Below are positions 15,465 through 24,000 of a DNA stretch of 24,000 nucleotides, piece after piece. Position 1 is the first letter of the stretch. Every line of letters begins with the position of its first letter. A program made the position numbers and the translations under genes. The stretch is taken from positions 2,808,439-2,832,438 of the forward strand of contig NZ_CP036150.1 in assembly GCF_008329965.1 (NCBI RefSeq), given 5' to 3'. The DNA is from Oceanispirochaeta crateris. GTDB taxonomy: Bacteria; Spirochaetota; Spirochaetia; DSM-2461. The notes beneath the pieces are model-generated. The model was given only the letters and a program-made list of their open reading frames with translations. It was not told the DNA's origin and ran no database searches.

Positions 15465-17141
15465 TCAGAATTCTGTAAAATCTTCTGAGTCTAAATATTG
15501 AGAGTCTGATGGACCCGTAACTTCCAGTAGAGCTGTTTTTTTGCTTGTGCCATGAGAACCTTTCTTTTGTTCGATTGAGGCTGTAGAAGGCTTCTCTCCA
15601 GTATGAAAAAAACTGACGAGCTTGGCCAGATCCACGGATTTATTCTTAAGTGTCTCTGCCATAGAGGCAATCTGGTCACTGGAAGCCGCATTGGACTGAA
15701 TGACTTTATCCATCTGCAGGAGTGCTATATTGATCTGATCGGCTCCCTTTGCCTGTTCATTGCTGCCTTCAAAGATCTCTTCTGCAATCTCTGCCGATTT
15801 CTTAATGGATGGAACGATACTCCTCATCAATTCTAGGGTGTCGTCTGCTTTACGCACGGATTCAGCCGCAACCTGGGTAATATCATTGGCCGCATTCTGA
15901 CTGTTTTCGGCCAACTTCCTGACCTCTGAGGCAACAACGGCAAAACCTCGGCCTGCATCACCCGCTCTGGCTGCCTCAATTGCCGCATTTAAAGCCAGCA
16001 AATTGGTATTTCTGGCGATTTCTTCGATTATACTGATCTTATCTGAAATGAACTTCATGGAATTCACCGTTTCTTCTACGGCGGTACCGCTTGTATCTGC
16101 ATCACCTGCAGCCTTTGAGACAATGAGGTTGGACTCTCTGGAATTATCCGTGTTCTGCTGAATATTAGATGAAAGTTCTTCCATAGATGCAGAAATCTCT
16201 TGGGCGCTCGAGGCCTGCTCGTTGGCTCCCTCGGCGACACGTTGAGACGCATCTGCCACTTCCAGGGCGTTCTGCATAATGACTCCCGAAGATTGGGTTA
16301 TGCCAACAACCGTATCTCTTAACCGTTGAACCATGTTTCCCAGCGCTTCTGAAAGTAACCTCGTTTCATCATTACTGATGACTCGAATGTCGACGGTTAA
16401 GTCTCCGTCGGCAATTTTTTCAACATCCCTGGAAAGAGACTCAACAGGGGAGGCAATGCGGCTTCCCATGATCCAGGCCAAAATAAAAGCAAATATAATC
16501 ACCGCAATGTCGACGATGATAAGAATTAAAAAAGTTGACTCAATGAGAGAATTGATCTTCTGACGCTCTTCGTCGACAAGAAGATCGATATCATCAACAT
16601 AATTCCCGGTACCGATAATCCAGTCCCAGGGCTTGAAATACCCAGTGTAGGAACGTTTGGGCGCCGCTACGGTTTCCCCGGGACGATTGTATCTGTAACC
16701 GGAAAATCCAGAGCCATCCATACCGGCTTTAATAAGTTCACGTACTATATAACCGCCATCAACATCCTGAAGATCCCAGCGGTTTGTCCCTTCGATGCTA
16801 TCATCAGGAAGAGAAATGGTAAGACCTGTGGAATCATAGACAAAGATATACCCACTATCTCCGTATCGCATGGCATCAATGGCATTTCGGGCCAACTCCC
16901 GAGCCCTCTCTTCACCGAAATCGCCTCTCTGCTCATAATACATATTGGCTACCGAGAGAGCTTGTTCTACCTGGCTCTTGGCCAATGTATCAAAATCTTC
17001 TCTTAATTTTCGGTCTAATGTCTCAATACTGTTCCGTCCTAGTTTATTGATTTCCAGTATTGCCAGTGCTCCCATGACAATTCCCAGAATCAATAGTGAA
17101 GATAATACGAGGATGCTTATTTTGAGTTTAATCTTTATCAT
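15465..17141 (-). CDS. Methyl-accepting chemotaxis protein with a periplasmic single-Cache-like sensor, HAMP and MA domains
   Basis: 558 aa. Two TM helices flank a roughly 170-aa periplasmic domain ([16 protein letters not shown]...[19 protein letters not shown]). The conserved signalling hairpin [42 protein letters not shown] is present. AGGAGAT SD precedes the start. The C-terminus ends in DFTEF. Confidence 0.92.
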   Translation of the reverse strand: MIKIKLKISILVLSSLLILGIVMGALAILEINKLGRNSIETLDRKLREDFDTLAKSQVEQALSVANMYYEQRGDFGEERARELARNAIDAMRYGDSGYIFVYDSTGLTISLPDDSIEGTNRWDLQDVDGGYIVRELIKAGMDGSGFSGYRYNRPGETVAAPKRSYTGYFKPWDWIIGTGNYVDDIDLLVDEERQKINSLIESTFLILIIVDIAVIIFAFILAWIMGSRIASPVESLSRDVEKIADGDLTVDIRVISNDETRLLSEALGNMVQRLRDTVVGITQSSGVIMQNALEVADASQRVAEGANEQASSAQEISASMEELSSNIQQNTDNSRESNLIVSKAAGDADTSGTAVEETVNSMKFISDKISIIEEIARNTNLLALNAAIEAARAGDAGRGFAVVASEVRKLAENSQNAANDITQVAAESVRKADDTLELMRSIVPSIKKSAEIAEEIFEGSNEQAKGADQINIALLQMDKVIQSNAASSDQIASMAETLKNKSVDLAKLVSFFHTGEKPSTASIEQKKGSHGTSKKTALLEVTGPSDSQYLDSEDFTEF

Positions 17142-17453
17142 TGGGATCTCCTGATTCGTTAATTAAGATACAAGGCGACAATTAAATTTTAATATATCAT
17201 ATAATGGGTTTCAAGTTATGTCAGAAAGTCGTCGAAAAAAGGCCAGCCATATACGGATACCTGCGGATATTGGACGGACACTTGATCAGATAAGAGTTTA
17301 CTATAATAATCATATTTATGCAGATTTGAGGGTTTATACGGTAAGGTCATATTATTTTCAATTCTGAATCTAGTAAATTATCTTTGAAAAGAAACCAAGA
17401 CTGCTCAGTGTAAAATCGATGGATTATATCCATTAAGAAAGCGGAGAGAAGAT

Positions 17454-17984
17454 ATGAAATACGAAATTGAAGTGTTGATAGACGAAAAAAGTCTGGCTGA
17501 TAAAGTACAAGAACTGGGAAAGAGAATAGAAGAAGACTATAGAGATGCCCAGGAAATTATACTAGTGGGCCTCCTAAGAGGGTCCACTATATTCTTGGCA
17601 GATCTGGCCCGTCAAATAAATCTGGACGCCAGAATTGATTTCATGGTTGTTTCAAGCTATGGGAATTCTATGAATTCTTCACGGGATGTACAAATCAAAA
17701 AAGACCTTGAAGAAGAGATACGCGGCCGCCATGTGATCATTGTGGAAGACATAATCGATACTGGATATACTTTGGAACGAGTCAGAGATTTTCTGGCCCT
17801 CAGAGAACCTGCCTCTCTAAAAATTTGCACCCTTATGGATAAACCAGAACGGCGGGAGGTAAAAGTCCCGGTCGATTACGTTGGTTTTACAATTCCCGAT
17901 GTTTTTATCATAGGATACGGCATTGACTATGCACAAAAGCACAGGAACCTCCCCTACATCGGGAAAGTCATTCCTCTGGATTGA
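17454..17984 (+). CDS. hpt: Hypoxanthine(-guanine) phosphoribosyltransferase
   Basis: 176 aa. The PRPP-binding motif [14 protein letters not shown] and the C-terminal block [17 protein letters not shown] are present. GGAGAG lies 5 nt upstream of the ATG. Confidence 0.92.
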   Translation: MKYEIEVLIDEKSLADKVQELGKRIEEDYRDAQEIILVGLLRGSTIFLADLARQINLDARIDFMVVSSYGNSMNSSRDVQIKKDLEEEIRGRHVIIVEDIIDTGYTLERVRDFLALREPASLKICTLMDKPERREVKVPVDYVGFTIPDVFIIGYGIDYAQKHRNLPYIGKVIPLD

Positions 17985-18062
17985 AGTGAAACCGACTCAG
18001 GTTTTATTTCACACTGATTGATTTCCAGCACACCCTATAAACTGAACCTTCTATTATTTTTG

Positions 18063-18091
18063 TTGCAGTAATTTAATCTATTTGATATTCT
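18063..18091 (+). promoter_or_regulatory. Candidate extended -10 promoter of the GGDEF gene
   Basis: TTGCAG (18063-18068), a 17-nt spacer, then TATTCT (18086-18091) preceded by TGa (18083-18085). The predicted transcription start falls near 18098. Confidence 0.35.
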
Positions 18092-18097
18092 AGGTCA

Positions 18098-19177
18098 GTG
18101 GAAAATATACAAATGATCCCAGTAGAGGGTGTGGATTTATGTGACCCGGAAAATGGCCTCTTCAAGGCTCTTGTCCACATGATCTCGATTTTTTGCGTTG
18201 GAATCACTCTTCTGGGAATCCTGGCATTCGTCCTCACAAGACTCTGGTACGGCATGGCAATGGAAGTTCTATTCCTGTTTGGCTATGCTTTTATACTATT
18301 TTTCAGTCATAAAAGAATCAGATTTACAGCAAATATTCTAACGGTAATATACACCCTTAATGCGGCCTCGGCCACATTGATAATCTTTCCCCGGCAATAC
18401 GGGTTTCACTATTTCCTTCTGATTGTCCCCTCACTCACCTGGAATCTCTTCAGAAAAGGGGATATTGAGAAGTATTTTTATACCCTATTCGCACTGATTG
18501 CCTTCTATCTGGCAGAATTCACCACCGGCTTTTCTTCCCTCCATGGGCTCACCCCATACACCCGACTTTTCTTTGGCAGTAACATACTCCTCCTATCTCT
18601 AGTATCCATGGCCTGTATGAACTGCTTCACAAGGATTACAAAACAGGATAATTCTCGCCTGTCCCATATGGCTTGTACCGATCCTCTAACGGGTCTGGAA
18701 AACAGACGTTTCTTTGATCTTACCGGAGAAAGAGATTTTGAAATTTTAAAGAGAGAGAATAAAGAACTCAGTGTTCTTATGATAGATTTGGACCACTTCA
18801 AGGCTGTTAATGACAGCTACGGACATGGCGCAGGAGACAAGGTTCTTGAGGGCGTGGGTCAATCCTTAAAAGGGGCATTCCGAAATGCAGACAAAGTATG
18901 CCGTTACGGAGGAGAGGAATTTCTGGTTCTCTTGAAGGGGACCGGCATCGAAAACGGTCTCAGGATTGCAGAAGAAGTTAGAAATAGAATACAAAATCTG
19001 GATTTTATCGATTATCCTGGCATATCCATTACGGCCAGCATCGGAGTCTCTCATATGACCCCTGAGGATCACTGCCTGAAGGATATAACTTTGCGGTCAG
19101 ATAAAGCTCTCTACTATGCTAAAGATGCAGGAAGAAACTGTGTCAAGGATGATCATAATAATTCTATTATCTATTGA
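18098..19177 (+). CDS. Membrane-anchored diguanylate cyclase (GGDEF domain with I-site)
   Basis: The N-terminal half contains about 5-6 hydrophobic helices. The GGDEF domain has active-site RYGGEEF and an RxxD I-site (RNAD) 5 residues upstream. The start is ambiguous: GTG at 18098 (track) or ATG at 18113. Confidence 0.88.
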   Translation: MENIQMIPVEGVDLCDPENGLFKALVHMISIFCVGITLLGILAFVLTRLWYGMAMEVLFLFGYAFILFFSHKRIRFTANILTVIYTLNAASATLIIFPRQYGFHYFLLIVPSLTWNLFRKGDIEKYFYTLFALIAFYLAEFTTGFSSLHGLTPYTRLFFGSNILLLSLVSMACMNCFTRITKQDNSRLSHMACTDPLTGLENRRFFDLTGERDFEILKRENKELSVLMIDLDHFKAVNDSYGHGAGDKVLEGVGQSLKGAFRNADKVCRYGGEEFLVLLKGTGIENGLRIAEEVRNRIQNLDFIDYPGISITASIGVSHMTPEDHCLKDITLRSDKALYYAKDAGRNCVKDDHNNSIIY

Positions 19178-19203
19178 AGTCTTTGATCAGCACCAGAAAC
19201 AGA

Positions 19204-19776
19204 TCAGGAAACTCCCGATAGCTTCCTCACCAAAGATCTCTTCCAGGCCCCGATCTCTCCGGCTTCTTTTGCACCGATACCACTGAGATGATGCAGTTCA
19301 AAATCAACAACACCACACCAACCGAAAACATCATCCTGCCAAAACTTTTGCAGGGATTCAGACGAAACATCCCGATGAGAGAGCACAACAACATCCACCC
19401 TCTTCCCGGACAACAAGGGAATGAACTCGGCTTCATCCCCTGGAAAATCCCTGACCTCATCATACGCTGTACCGGGACGGAATAACCTGTCCACCCACCC
19501 TTTGAGAATGGCAGGAGGACCGGACCACCAGTCTGGATGAATGATAATGACGCGGTCTGAGAGGCCTAACTCTATGGAGTAACGCGAAACTAAAGGATCC
19601 AGAGACATCCGTCTTTTGAGTTCATCCAAGGGTAAAACAGGGTCAAACTCATCCTTGTAGAGATTTTGTTTTAAGACCTCAACCCCCTTCGATTCAAGTA
19701 CGGCATTCAATTCCAGGAAGACCTGGGATGAAAGCGAAGATGAATCTCCATGGGCAAGAACAATACAAACAGACAT
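19204..19776 (-). CDS. Flavodoxin-like-fold NAD(P)H (quinone) oxidoreductase (Flavodoxin_2 family)
   Basis: Family pattern: IVLAHGDSSSLS...LYKDEFDPVL...DRVIIIHPDWWSGPPAILKGWVDRLF. I prefer the ATG at 19776, which has GGAGG 4 nt upstream, over the TTG at 19800 used by the track. Confidence 0.8.
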   Translation of the reverse strand: MSVCIVLAHGDSSSLSSQVFLELNAVLESKGVEVLKQNLYKDEFDPVLPLDELKRRMSLDPLVSRYSIELGLSDRVIIIHPDWWSGPPAILKGWVDRLFRPGTAYDEVRDFPGDEAEFIPLLSGKRVDVVVLSHRDVSSESLQKFWQDDVFGWCGVVDFELHHLSGIGAKEAGEIGAWKRSLVRKLSGVS

Positions 19777-19816
19777 ATTTCCTCCGAAAAGATTTGACAA
19801 CCCTTGTCACATACGC

Positions 19817-19845
19817 TTGATATACTACAAATTAAGTCATATATT
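19817..19845 (+). promoter_or_regulatory. Candidate promoter of the suf operon
   Basis: TTGATA (19817-19822), a 17-nt spacer, then TATATT (19840-19845). A second TATATT lies at 19846-19851. Confidence 0.35.
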
Positions 19846-19851
19846 TATATT

Positions 19852-19866
19852 ACTAACATTGTTAGT
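19852..19866. promoter_or_regulatory. 15-bp perfect palindrome ACTAACATTGTTAGT at the predicted suf transcription start (candidate operator)
   Basis: Read directly: 7-bp arms around a central T. It lies 36 nt upstream of the DUF59/suf ATG, in the 125-nt divergent spacer. Confidence 0.5.
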
Positions 19867-19901
19867 TATTTCTAATTATAGTCTGTTACAAGGAGGAATC
19901 C

Positions 19902-20234
19902 ATGGAAGATTCCCTAAAAGATAAGAAAGAGATCGAAAATAGTTTTTTTGAGCAGTTGGGAGAGATTTATGATCCTGAGATCATGGCCCCTATCACAGAC
20001 CTCGGATTGATCTATCGCATCGAACTCAAAGAAGATAAATCTGTCGAAGTAGATTTCACGTTGACCTACCCTGGATGCCCCTGGGGACCGGTTCTTGAGA
20101 AATCTATCCGCAAAACTCTCAAAAGAAAAAACGAATGGCTTGATGATGTCAAAACATCTATGGTCTTTGATCCACCCTGGCAGGTGCAGTTTGCCAAAGA
20201 AGAACTCAGGATAGCCATGGGCTATCCCATATAG
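19902..20234 (+). CDS. DUF59 / MIP18-family Fe-S cluster assembly protein (SufT-like)
   Basis: 110 aa. DUF59 pattern: IYDPEIMAPITDLGLIYRIEL...VEVDFTLTYPGCPWG. AGGAGG SD is present. It is the first gene of the suf cluster. Confidence 0.8.
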   Translation: MEDSLKDKKEIENSFFEQLGEIYDPEIMAPITDLGLIYRIELKEDKSVEVDFTLTYPGCPWGPVLEKSIRKTLKRKNEWLDDVKTSMVFDPPWQVQFAKEELRIAMGYPI

Positions 20235-20245
20235 GAAGGAACAAA

Positions 20246-21013
20246 ATGAATACTCTGGAAATAAAAAATCTTAAAGCAAATATTGATGACAAACCCATAC
20301 TCAAGGGAATCAACCTGACCCTCCGCTCGGGAGAAGTTCATGCCTTGATGGGTCCAAATGGTTCAGGAAAAAGTACTCTGGCTAATGTCTTAATGGGGCA
20401 CCCTGACTACGAAGTCACAGACGGTGATGTATTTTTCAACGGTCAGAACCTGTTGGAAATGGATATTCCCGAGAGAGCGGTAGCCGGACTCTTTCTGGCC
20501 TTTCAATACCCCGTGGAGATTCCGGGAGTCACCGTCGGAAAGTTTTTAAAGCGTACATTGGAAGCCCTCAATCCAGAAACTAAGCTAAATCTGACCCAGT
20601 ATATCAAAGACCTCAGAGAAGCCATGGGTTTCCTGGATATGGATCAGAATTTTATCAACCGAAATCTGAATGAAGGCTTCTCCGGTGGGGAGAAAAAAAG
20701 AATGGAAATTCTTCAAATGCTGATGATAAAGCCTCGTTTTTCCATCATGGATGAAACAGATTCAGGATTGGATATGGATGCCTTAAAAATCGTATCAAAG
20801 GGGATAAACCATCTTCGTGGAGATGATTTTGGGGGACTGATCATTACCCACTACCAGCGAATTCTCGATTACGTTCAGCCCGACTATGTGCATATTATGT
20901 ACGATGGAGAAATTGCCAGATCGGGGGATATGGGACTCATTCAGGAACTGGAAGACAAGGGTTACGACTGGGTCAGCGGAAAGGCATCATCCAAGGAGGT
21001 CATCCATGGGTAA
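20246..21013 (+). CDS. sufC: Fe-S cluster assembly ATPase SufC
   Basis: Walker [13 protein letters not shown] signature FSGGEKKR, Walker [13 protein letters not shown], and H-loop IITHY. Confidence 0.95.
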   Translation: MNTLEIKNLKANIDDKPILKGINLTLRSGEVHALMGPNGSGKSTLANVLMGHPDYEVTDGDVFFNGQNLLEMDIPERAVAGLFLAFQYPVEIPGVTVGKFLKRTLEALNPETKLNLTQYIKDLREAMGFLDMDQNFINRNLNEGFSGGEKKRMEILQMLMIKPRFSIMDETDSGLDMDALKIVSKGINHLRGDDFGGLIITHYQRILDYVQPDYVHIMYDGEIARSGDMGLIQELEDKGYDWVSGKASSKEVIHG

Positions 21014-22400
21014 ACCACTACAGAAAGAAGATTATAAGTTTGGATTCAACTATCCGGAACGCTCAGTGTTCAAGACTGAAAAAGGTCTGAATGAAGAAGT
21101 GGTCAAACAGATCAGCAGCCATAAGAATGAACCGGAATGGATGCTCAACTTCCGTCTCAAATCCCTTGAGGCCTTCAGAAGGCAACCCATGCCCAATTGG
21201 GGGGCAGACCTTTCAGGCATAGATTTTGAAGATATCTATTACTACATCAAACCCACAGAAGAAATGACAAGAAGCTGGGATGATGTTCCGGATGATATTA
21301 AAGAAACTTTCGACCGAATTGGAATTCCAGAAGCGGAACGCAAATTCCTGGCAGGAGTGGGTGCACAGTACGATTCAGAGGTGGTCTACCATAACCTCAA
21401 AAAGCATCTGGAAGATCAAGGAGTCATTTTCTGTGACCCAGAAACGGCTGTACGGGAACATGGAGACATCGTCAGAGAACATTTCGGAACGGTCATTCCC
21501 TTTGGGGACAATAAATTTGCCTCCCTCAACTCCGCAGTCTGGTCTGGGGGAAGTTTCGTTTATGTGCCCAAGGGTGTTCATGTGGATATCCCGTTGCAGG
21601 CTTATTTCCGTATAAACTCAAAGAACTTCGGACAATTTGAACGGACGCTGATCATCGCAGAGGAAGGAAGTTTTGTTCATTACATAGAAGGCTGTACAGC
21701 TCCTACTTTTTCCTCAGATTCACTACACTCTGCAGTTGTCGAAATCATTGCCAAGAAAAACGCCCGGGTTCGCTACTCCACAATACAGAACTGGTCATCC
21801 AATGTGTACAATCTTGTCACAAAAAGAGCCCATGCCCATGAAGGAGCGACAGTGGAATGGGTCGATGGAAACCTGGGAAGCAAAAAGACAATGAAATACC
21901 CGTCCGTATTTCTTCTGGGTGAACGAGCCCATGGAGAGATCCTGTCCATAGCCTTTGCAGGAAAAGGACAGGAACAGGACACAGGTGGTAAGGTCATCCA
22001 TGGAGCAGACAACACAACAAGCGTAATTACCTCAAAATCCATTAGCAAGGATGGAGGCTCTTCTACCTATCGGGGGCTGGTTAAAACAAAACCGGGAGTT
22101 AGAAACATCCGTTCTTCCGTTGTTTGTGATGCCCTCATCCTGGATGGAGACTCCACAAGCCACACCTATCCCTATATGGAAATCAATACTGATGATGCCT
22201 CCATTGAACATGAGGCCCGAGTCAGCAGAATCAGCGAAACACAATTATTCTACCTCATGAGCCGAGGTCTCAGTGAAGAAGAAGCCTCCATGATGATTGT
22301 TAATGGTTTCATAGATCCTCTTGTGAAGCAGCTTCCCATGGAATATGCGGTAGAGCTGAACCGTTTGATCGAACTTGAAATGGAAGGATCTGTCGGTTAG
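21006..22400 (+). CDS. sufB: Fe-S cluster assembly scaffold SufB
   Basis: 464 aa from the ATG at 21006 ([18 protein letters not shown]...), which has AAGGAGG at 20993-20999 and an 8-nt overlap with the sufC stop. Conserved SufB blocks are present ([38 protein letters not shown]). The track start at 20886 lies inside sufC and is rejected. Confidence 0.95.
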   Translation: MGKPLQKEDYKFGFNYPERSVFKTEKGLNEEVVKQISSHKNEPEWMLNFRLKSLEAFRRQPMPNWGADLSGIDFEDIYYYIKPTEEMTRSWDDVPDDIKETFDRIGIPEAERKFLAGVGAQYDSEVVYHNLKKHLEDQGVIFCDPETAVREHGDIVREHFGTVIPFGDNKFASLNSAVWSGGSFVYVPKGVHVDIPLQAYFRINSKNFGQFERTLIIAEEGSFVHYIEGCTAPTFSSDSLHSAVVEIIAKKNARVRYSTIQNWSSNVYNLVTKRAHAHEGATVEWVDGNLGSKKTMKYPSVFLLGERAHGEILSIAFAGKGQEQDTGGKVIHGADNTTSVITSKSISKDGGSSTYRGLVKTKPGVRNIRSSVVCDALILDGDSTSHTYPYMEINTDDASIEHEARVSRISETQLFYLMSRGLSEEEASMMIVNGFIDPLVKQLPMEYAVELNRLIELEMEGSVG

Positions 22401-22412
22401 AGGCAGAAAGGA

Positions 22413-23630
22413 ATGATGATGAATACATACACAGAAGCGGCAACTGCCGTACTGAATAAAATGAATTGGCCGGATAAGAAAAATGAGATATGGAGGAGAA
22501 CCCCCGTAGGACTTTTAGATCCAATAAACTTTAAGAGCCCGGTCACAGCCGAAGAGCTGCAAACTCCGGTACAGATTCCAATTGAAGAAGCAGGTGGCAT
22601 GTTGATTTACAGCGGATCTTCCCTCCGTGTGAATGAACCGGGCGATGCGGAGGGCTGTCCCCAGGTTCTAAGCCCCGAGGAGGGGATAGAAAGATACCCC
22701 GATGAGAAAGACTTTTTTTTCCCCGGAGAGTGGTCTGATCGGTTTGATGCATGGAATTCAAGTGAGACAACCCATTCTCTCTTCCTGGACTTTCCCAAAG
22801 GAAAAGTGATGGAAAAACCCTTCATCCTCAGAATGGACAGCCTGAGTCGGGATCGATTCTCTGCCCCGCGAATATTCGTCCGTTTTGGAGATGGATGGCA
22901 GGGTCGTCTGATCGTCGTCTACAGCGGATCAGCAGAAGGACAGGACAAAGAACTGGTCAATTCCTCTCTCAGAATATGGGCTGGTAAAAACAGTCATGTG
23001 AGTCTTGCCGAGGTACAAACCTTGGGAATAGAGAGCAGACTGGTTCAGAATTCACTCATTCTGCTAAACAGAGACGCCTACATGAATCACAGCCAATTCC
23101 AGATTGGAGCCTCTGCGGTGAAGAATAACACTGTCTTTCATCTCATGGGTGAAGGTGCGGAGCTTCAGGCGGGTTCGGTCTACACATCCGGAAAGGACCA
23201 GCATAAAGACATCAGGCTGGAACAAAGGCATTTTGCTCCCCAGACGACCAGCAGGGCCCTCTATAAGGGTGCCGTCAGCCGCAGAGGGCGGTCTGTATTT
23301 CAGGGAATGATACAGGTAGAACACGAAGCACCCGGTACAGATGCCTATTTGAGCAATAAAAACCTGGTTCTGACGAAGGGGTCCCGGGCCGATGCGATTC
23401 CCGGTTTAAAAATTCTGGTAGATGATGTAAAATGTTCTCATGGTTCCACCACAGGAAAACTTGATCCTTCCCAGCTTTTTTACCTGATGAGCCGAGGGAT
23501 TCCAAAATCAGAAGCCGTCAGGATACTGACGGAAGGAATGTTTGAAGAACTCATAGTTCGTCATTCAGAACTTCCTGCAGACTGGCTCAGAGACAGGATA
23601 GCCCACAGCCTTGAACCCGGAGAAAATTGA
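22413..23630 (+). CDS. sufD: Fe-S cluster assembly protein SufD
   Basis: 405 aa. The C-terminal SufBD beta-helix blocks are present ([29 protein letters not shown]), and the gene sits between sufB and sufS. Confidence 0.9.
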   Translation: MMMNTYTEAATAVLNKMNWPDKKNEIWRRTPVGLLDPINFKSPVTAEELQTPVQIPIEEAGGMLIYSGSSLRVNEPGDAEGCPQVLSPEEGIERYPDEKDFFFPGEWSDRFDAWNSSETTHSLFLDFPKGKVMEKPFILRMDSLSRDRFSAPRIFVRFGDGWQGRLIVVYSGSAEGQDKELVNSSLRIWAGKNSHVSLAEVQTLGIESRLVQNSLILLNRDAYMNHSQFQIGASAVKNNTVFHLMGEGAELQAGSVYTSGKDQHKDIRLEQRHFAPQTTSRALYKGAVSRRGRSVFQGMIQVEHEAPGTDAYLSNKNLVLTKGSRADAIPGLKILVDDVKCSHGSTTGKLDPSQLFYLMSRGIPKSEAVRILTEGMFEELIVRHSELPADWLRDRIAHSLEPGEN

Positions 23631-23632
23631 AT

Positions 23633-24000
23633 TTGAAACGATCCATTGAGCATTCCGCCTTAGATTTCCCCATTTTTAATGGGGATGAGAGCTATGTGTA
23701 CCTTGATAATGCAGCAACAACACAGAAGCCCAAAGCTGTCCTAGAGGCTATAATGGACTATTATTCAAACTGTAATGCCAATGTCTACAGGGCCATACAC
23801 CGATGGGGTGAAGAATCAACTCGGCGCTATGAAGAAGCCAGGCAAACTGTAGCAGCCTTCATAGGGGCGTCTTCGACAGATGAGATCATCTTTACTTCCG
23901 GTGCCACTGACAGCATAAACTTGGCAGCCACTGTATACTGCCAAAGGTATATAGAACCTGGAGATGAAATAATTCTAACGGAGATGGAACACCACAGCAA
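23633..24000 (+). CDS. sufS: Cysteine desulfurase SufS (class V aminotransferase), N-terminal part; the 3' end lies outside the window
   Basis: This gene is absent from the ORF track. The frame opens after the TGA at 12-14 of 236xx (23612-23614) and reads (L/M)KRSIEHSALDFPIFNGDESYVYLDNAATTQKPKAVLEAIMDYYSNCNANVYRAIHRWGEEST...IIFTSGATDSINL. There is no in-frame ATG before the conserved DFPI block. TTG start candidates are at 23633 (GGAG about 9 nt upstream) and 23627. Confidence 0.88.
   Translation, partial: MKRSIEHSALDFPIFNGDESYVYLDNAATTQKPKAVLEAIMDYYSNCNANVYRAIHRWGEESTRRYEEARQTVAAFIGASSTDEIIFTSGATDSINLAATVYCQRYIEPGDEIILTEMEHHS

Noticed and set aside
17988-18009. A weak hairpin after hpt (AAACC-GACTCA-GGTTT followed by TATTTC) as a possible terminator.
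   Set aside because: The stem is only 5-6 AT-rich base pairs and the U-tract is interrupted. That is too weak to call a terminator with confidence.
20886-21005. The 5' extension of the sufB ORF in the track ([14 protein letters not shown]...).
   Set aside because: It lies entirely inside sufC in another frame and has no SD. The ATG at 21006 has AAGGAGG upstream and yields the conserved SufB N-terminus.
1-24000. I searched by eye for mobile elements, CRISPR arrays, tRNA/rRNA genes, toxin-antitoxin pairs and defence-island-type genes.
   Set aside because: No transposase, integrase or phage-like ORF is present. No spaced direct-repeat array was seen. No cloverleaf-like or rRNA-like sequence occurs in the intergenic regions. 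Every ORF over 100 aa that is not antisense to a confident gene has a housekeeping or ordinary accessory assignment.

Overview
This 24 kb window looks like ordinary, densely packed chromosomal DNA from a motile diderm bacterium, since it carries lipoproteins, a chemoreceptor and a c-di-GMP cyclase. The phylum cannot be established without a database search. I support 23 protein-coding genes. In order they are: kbl (5' partial) and tdh; an MFS transporter; a convergent GH13_18 sucrose-phosphorylase-family enzyme; a DtxR/MntR-like regulator with a flavin reductase; a translationally coupled pair of exported proteins (an LPP20-type lipoprotein and a TolB-N/FlgO-like + helical-repeat protein); lon; an XRE-cupin regulator; a LeuC/LeuD-type dehydratase pair; an NCS2 xanthine-type permease; a secreted retropepsin-like protease behind a Cache-type chemoreceptor; hpt; a membrane GGDEF cyclase; a flavodoxin-fold NAD(P)H oxidoreductase; and a suf operon (DUF59-sufC-sufB-sufD-sufS, 3' partial). 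By eye I saw no rRNA, tRNA, CRISPR array, transposase, integrase or phage gene. I did not find convincing evidence for a new multi-gene system, such as a defence island. All leads are modest and hypothesis-level. (1) The DtxR/MntR homologue has most of its canonical metal ligands substituted. (2) The LPP20 + TolB-N-like exported gene pair is uncharacterised. (3) Several operator-like elements stand out: an 11-bp-periodic direct repeat abutting a -35 box, the 9-mer TTAATTAAC recurring in three 5' regions, and perfect 17-bp and 15-bp palindromes upstream of leuC-like and the suf operon. (4) The chemoreceptor ends in a pentapeptide-like tail and is apparently co-transcribed with the secreted retropepsin-like protease. 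(5) sufS is missed by the ORF track and uses a TTG start, and there are two unannotated small ORFs. Several ORF-track starts were moved to downstream ATGs that have Shine-Dalgarno (SD) support.
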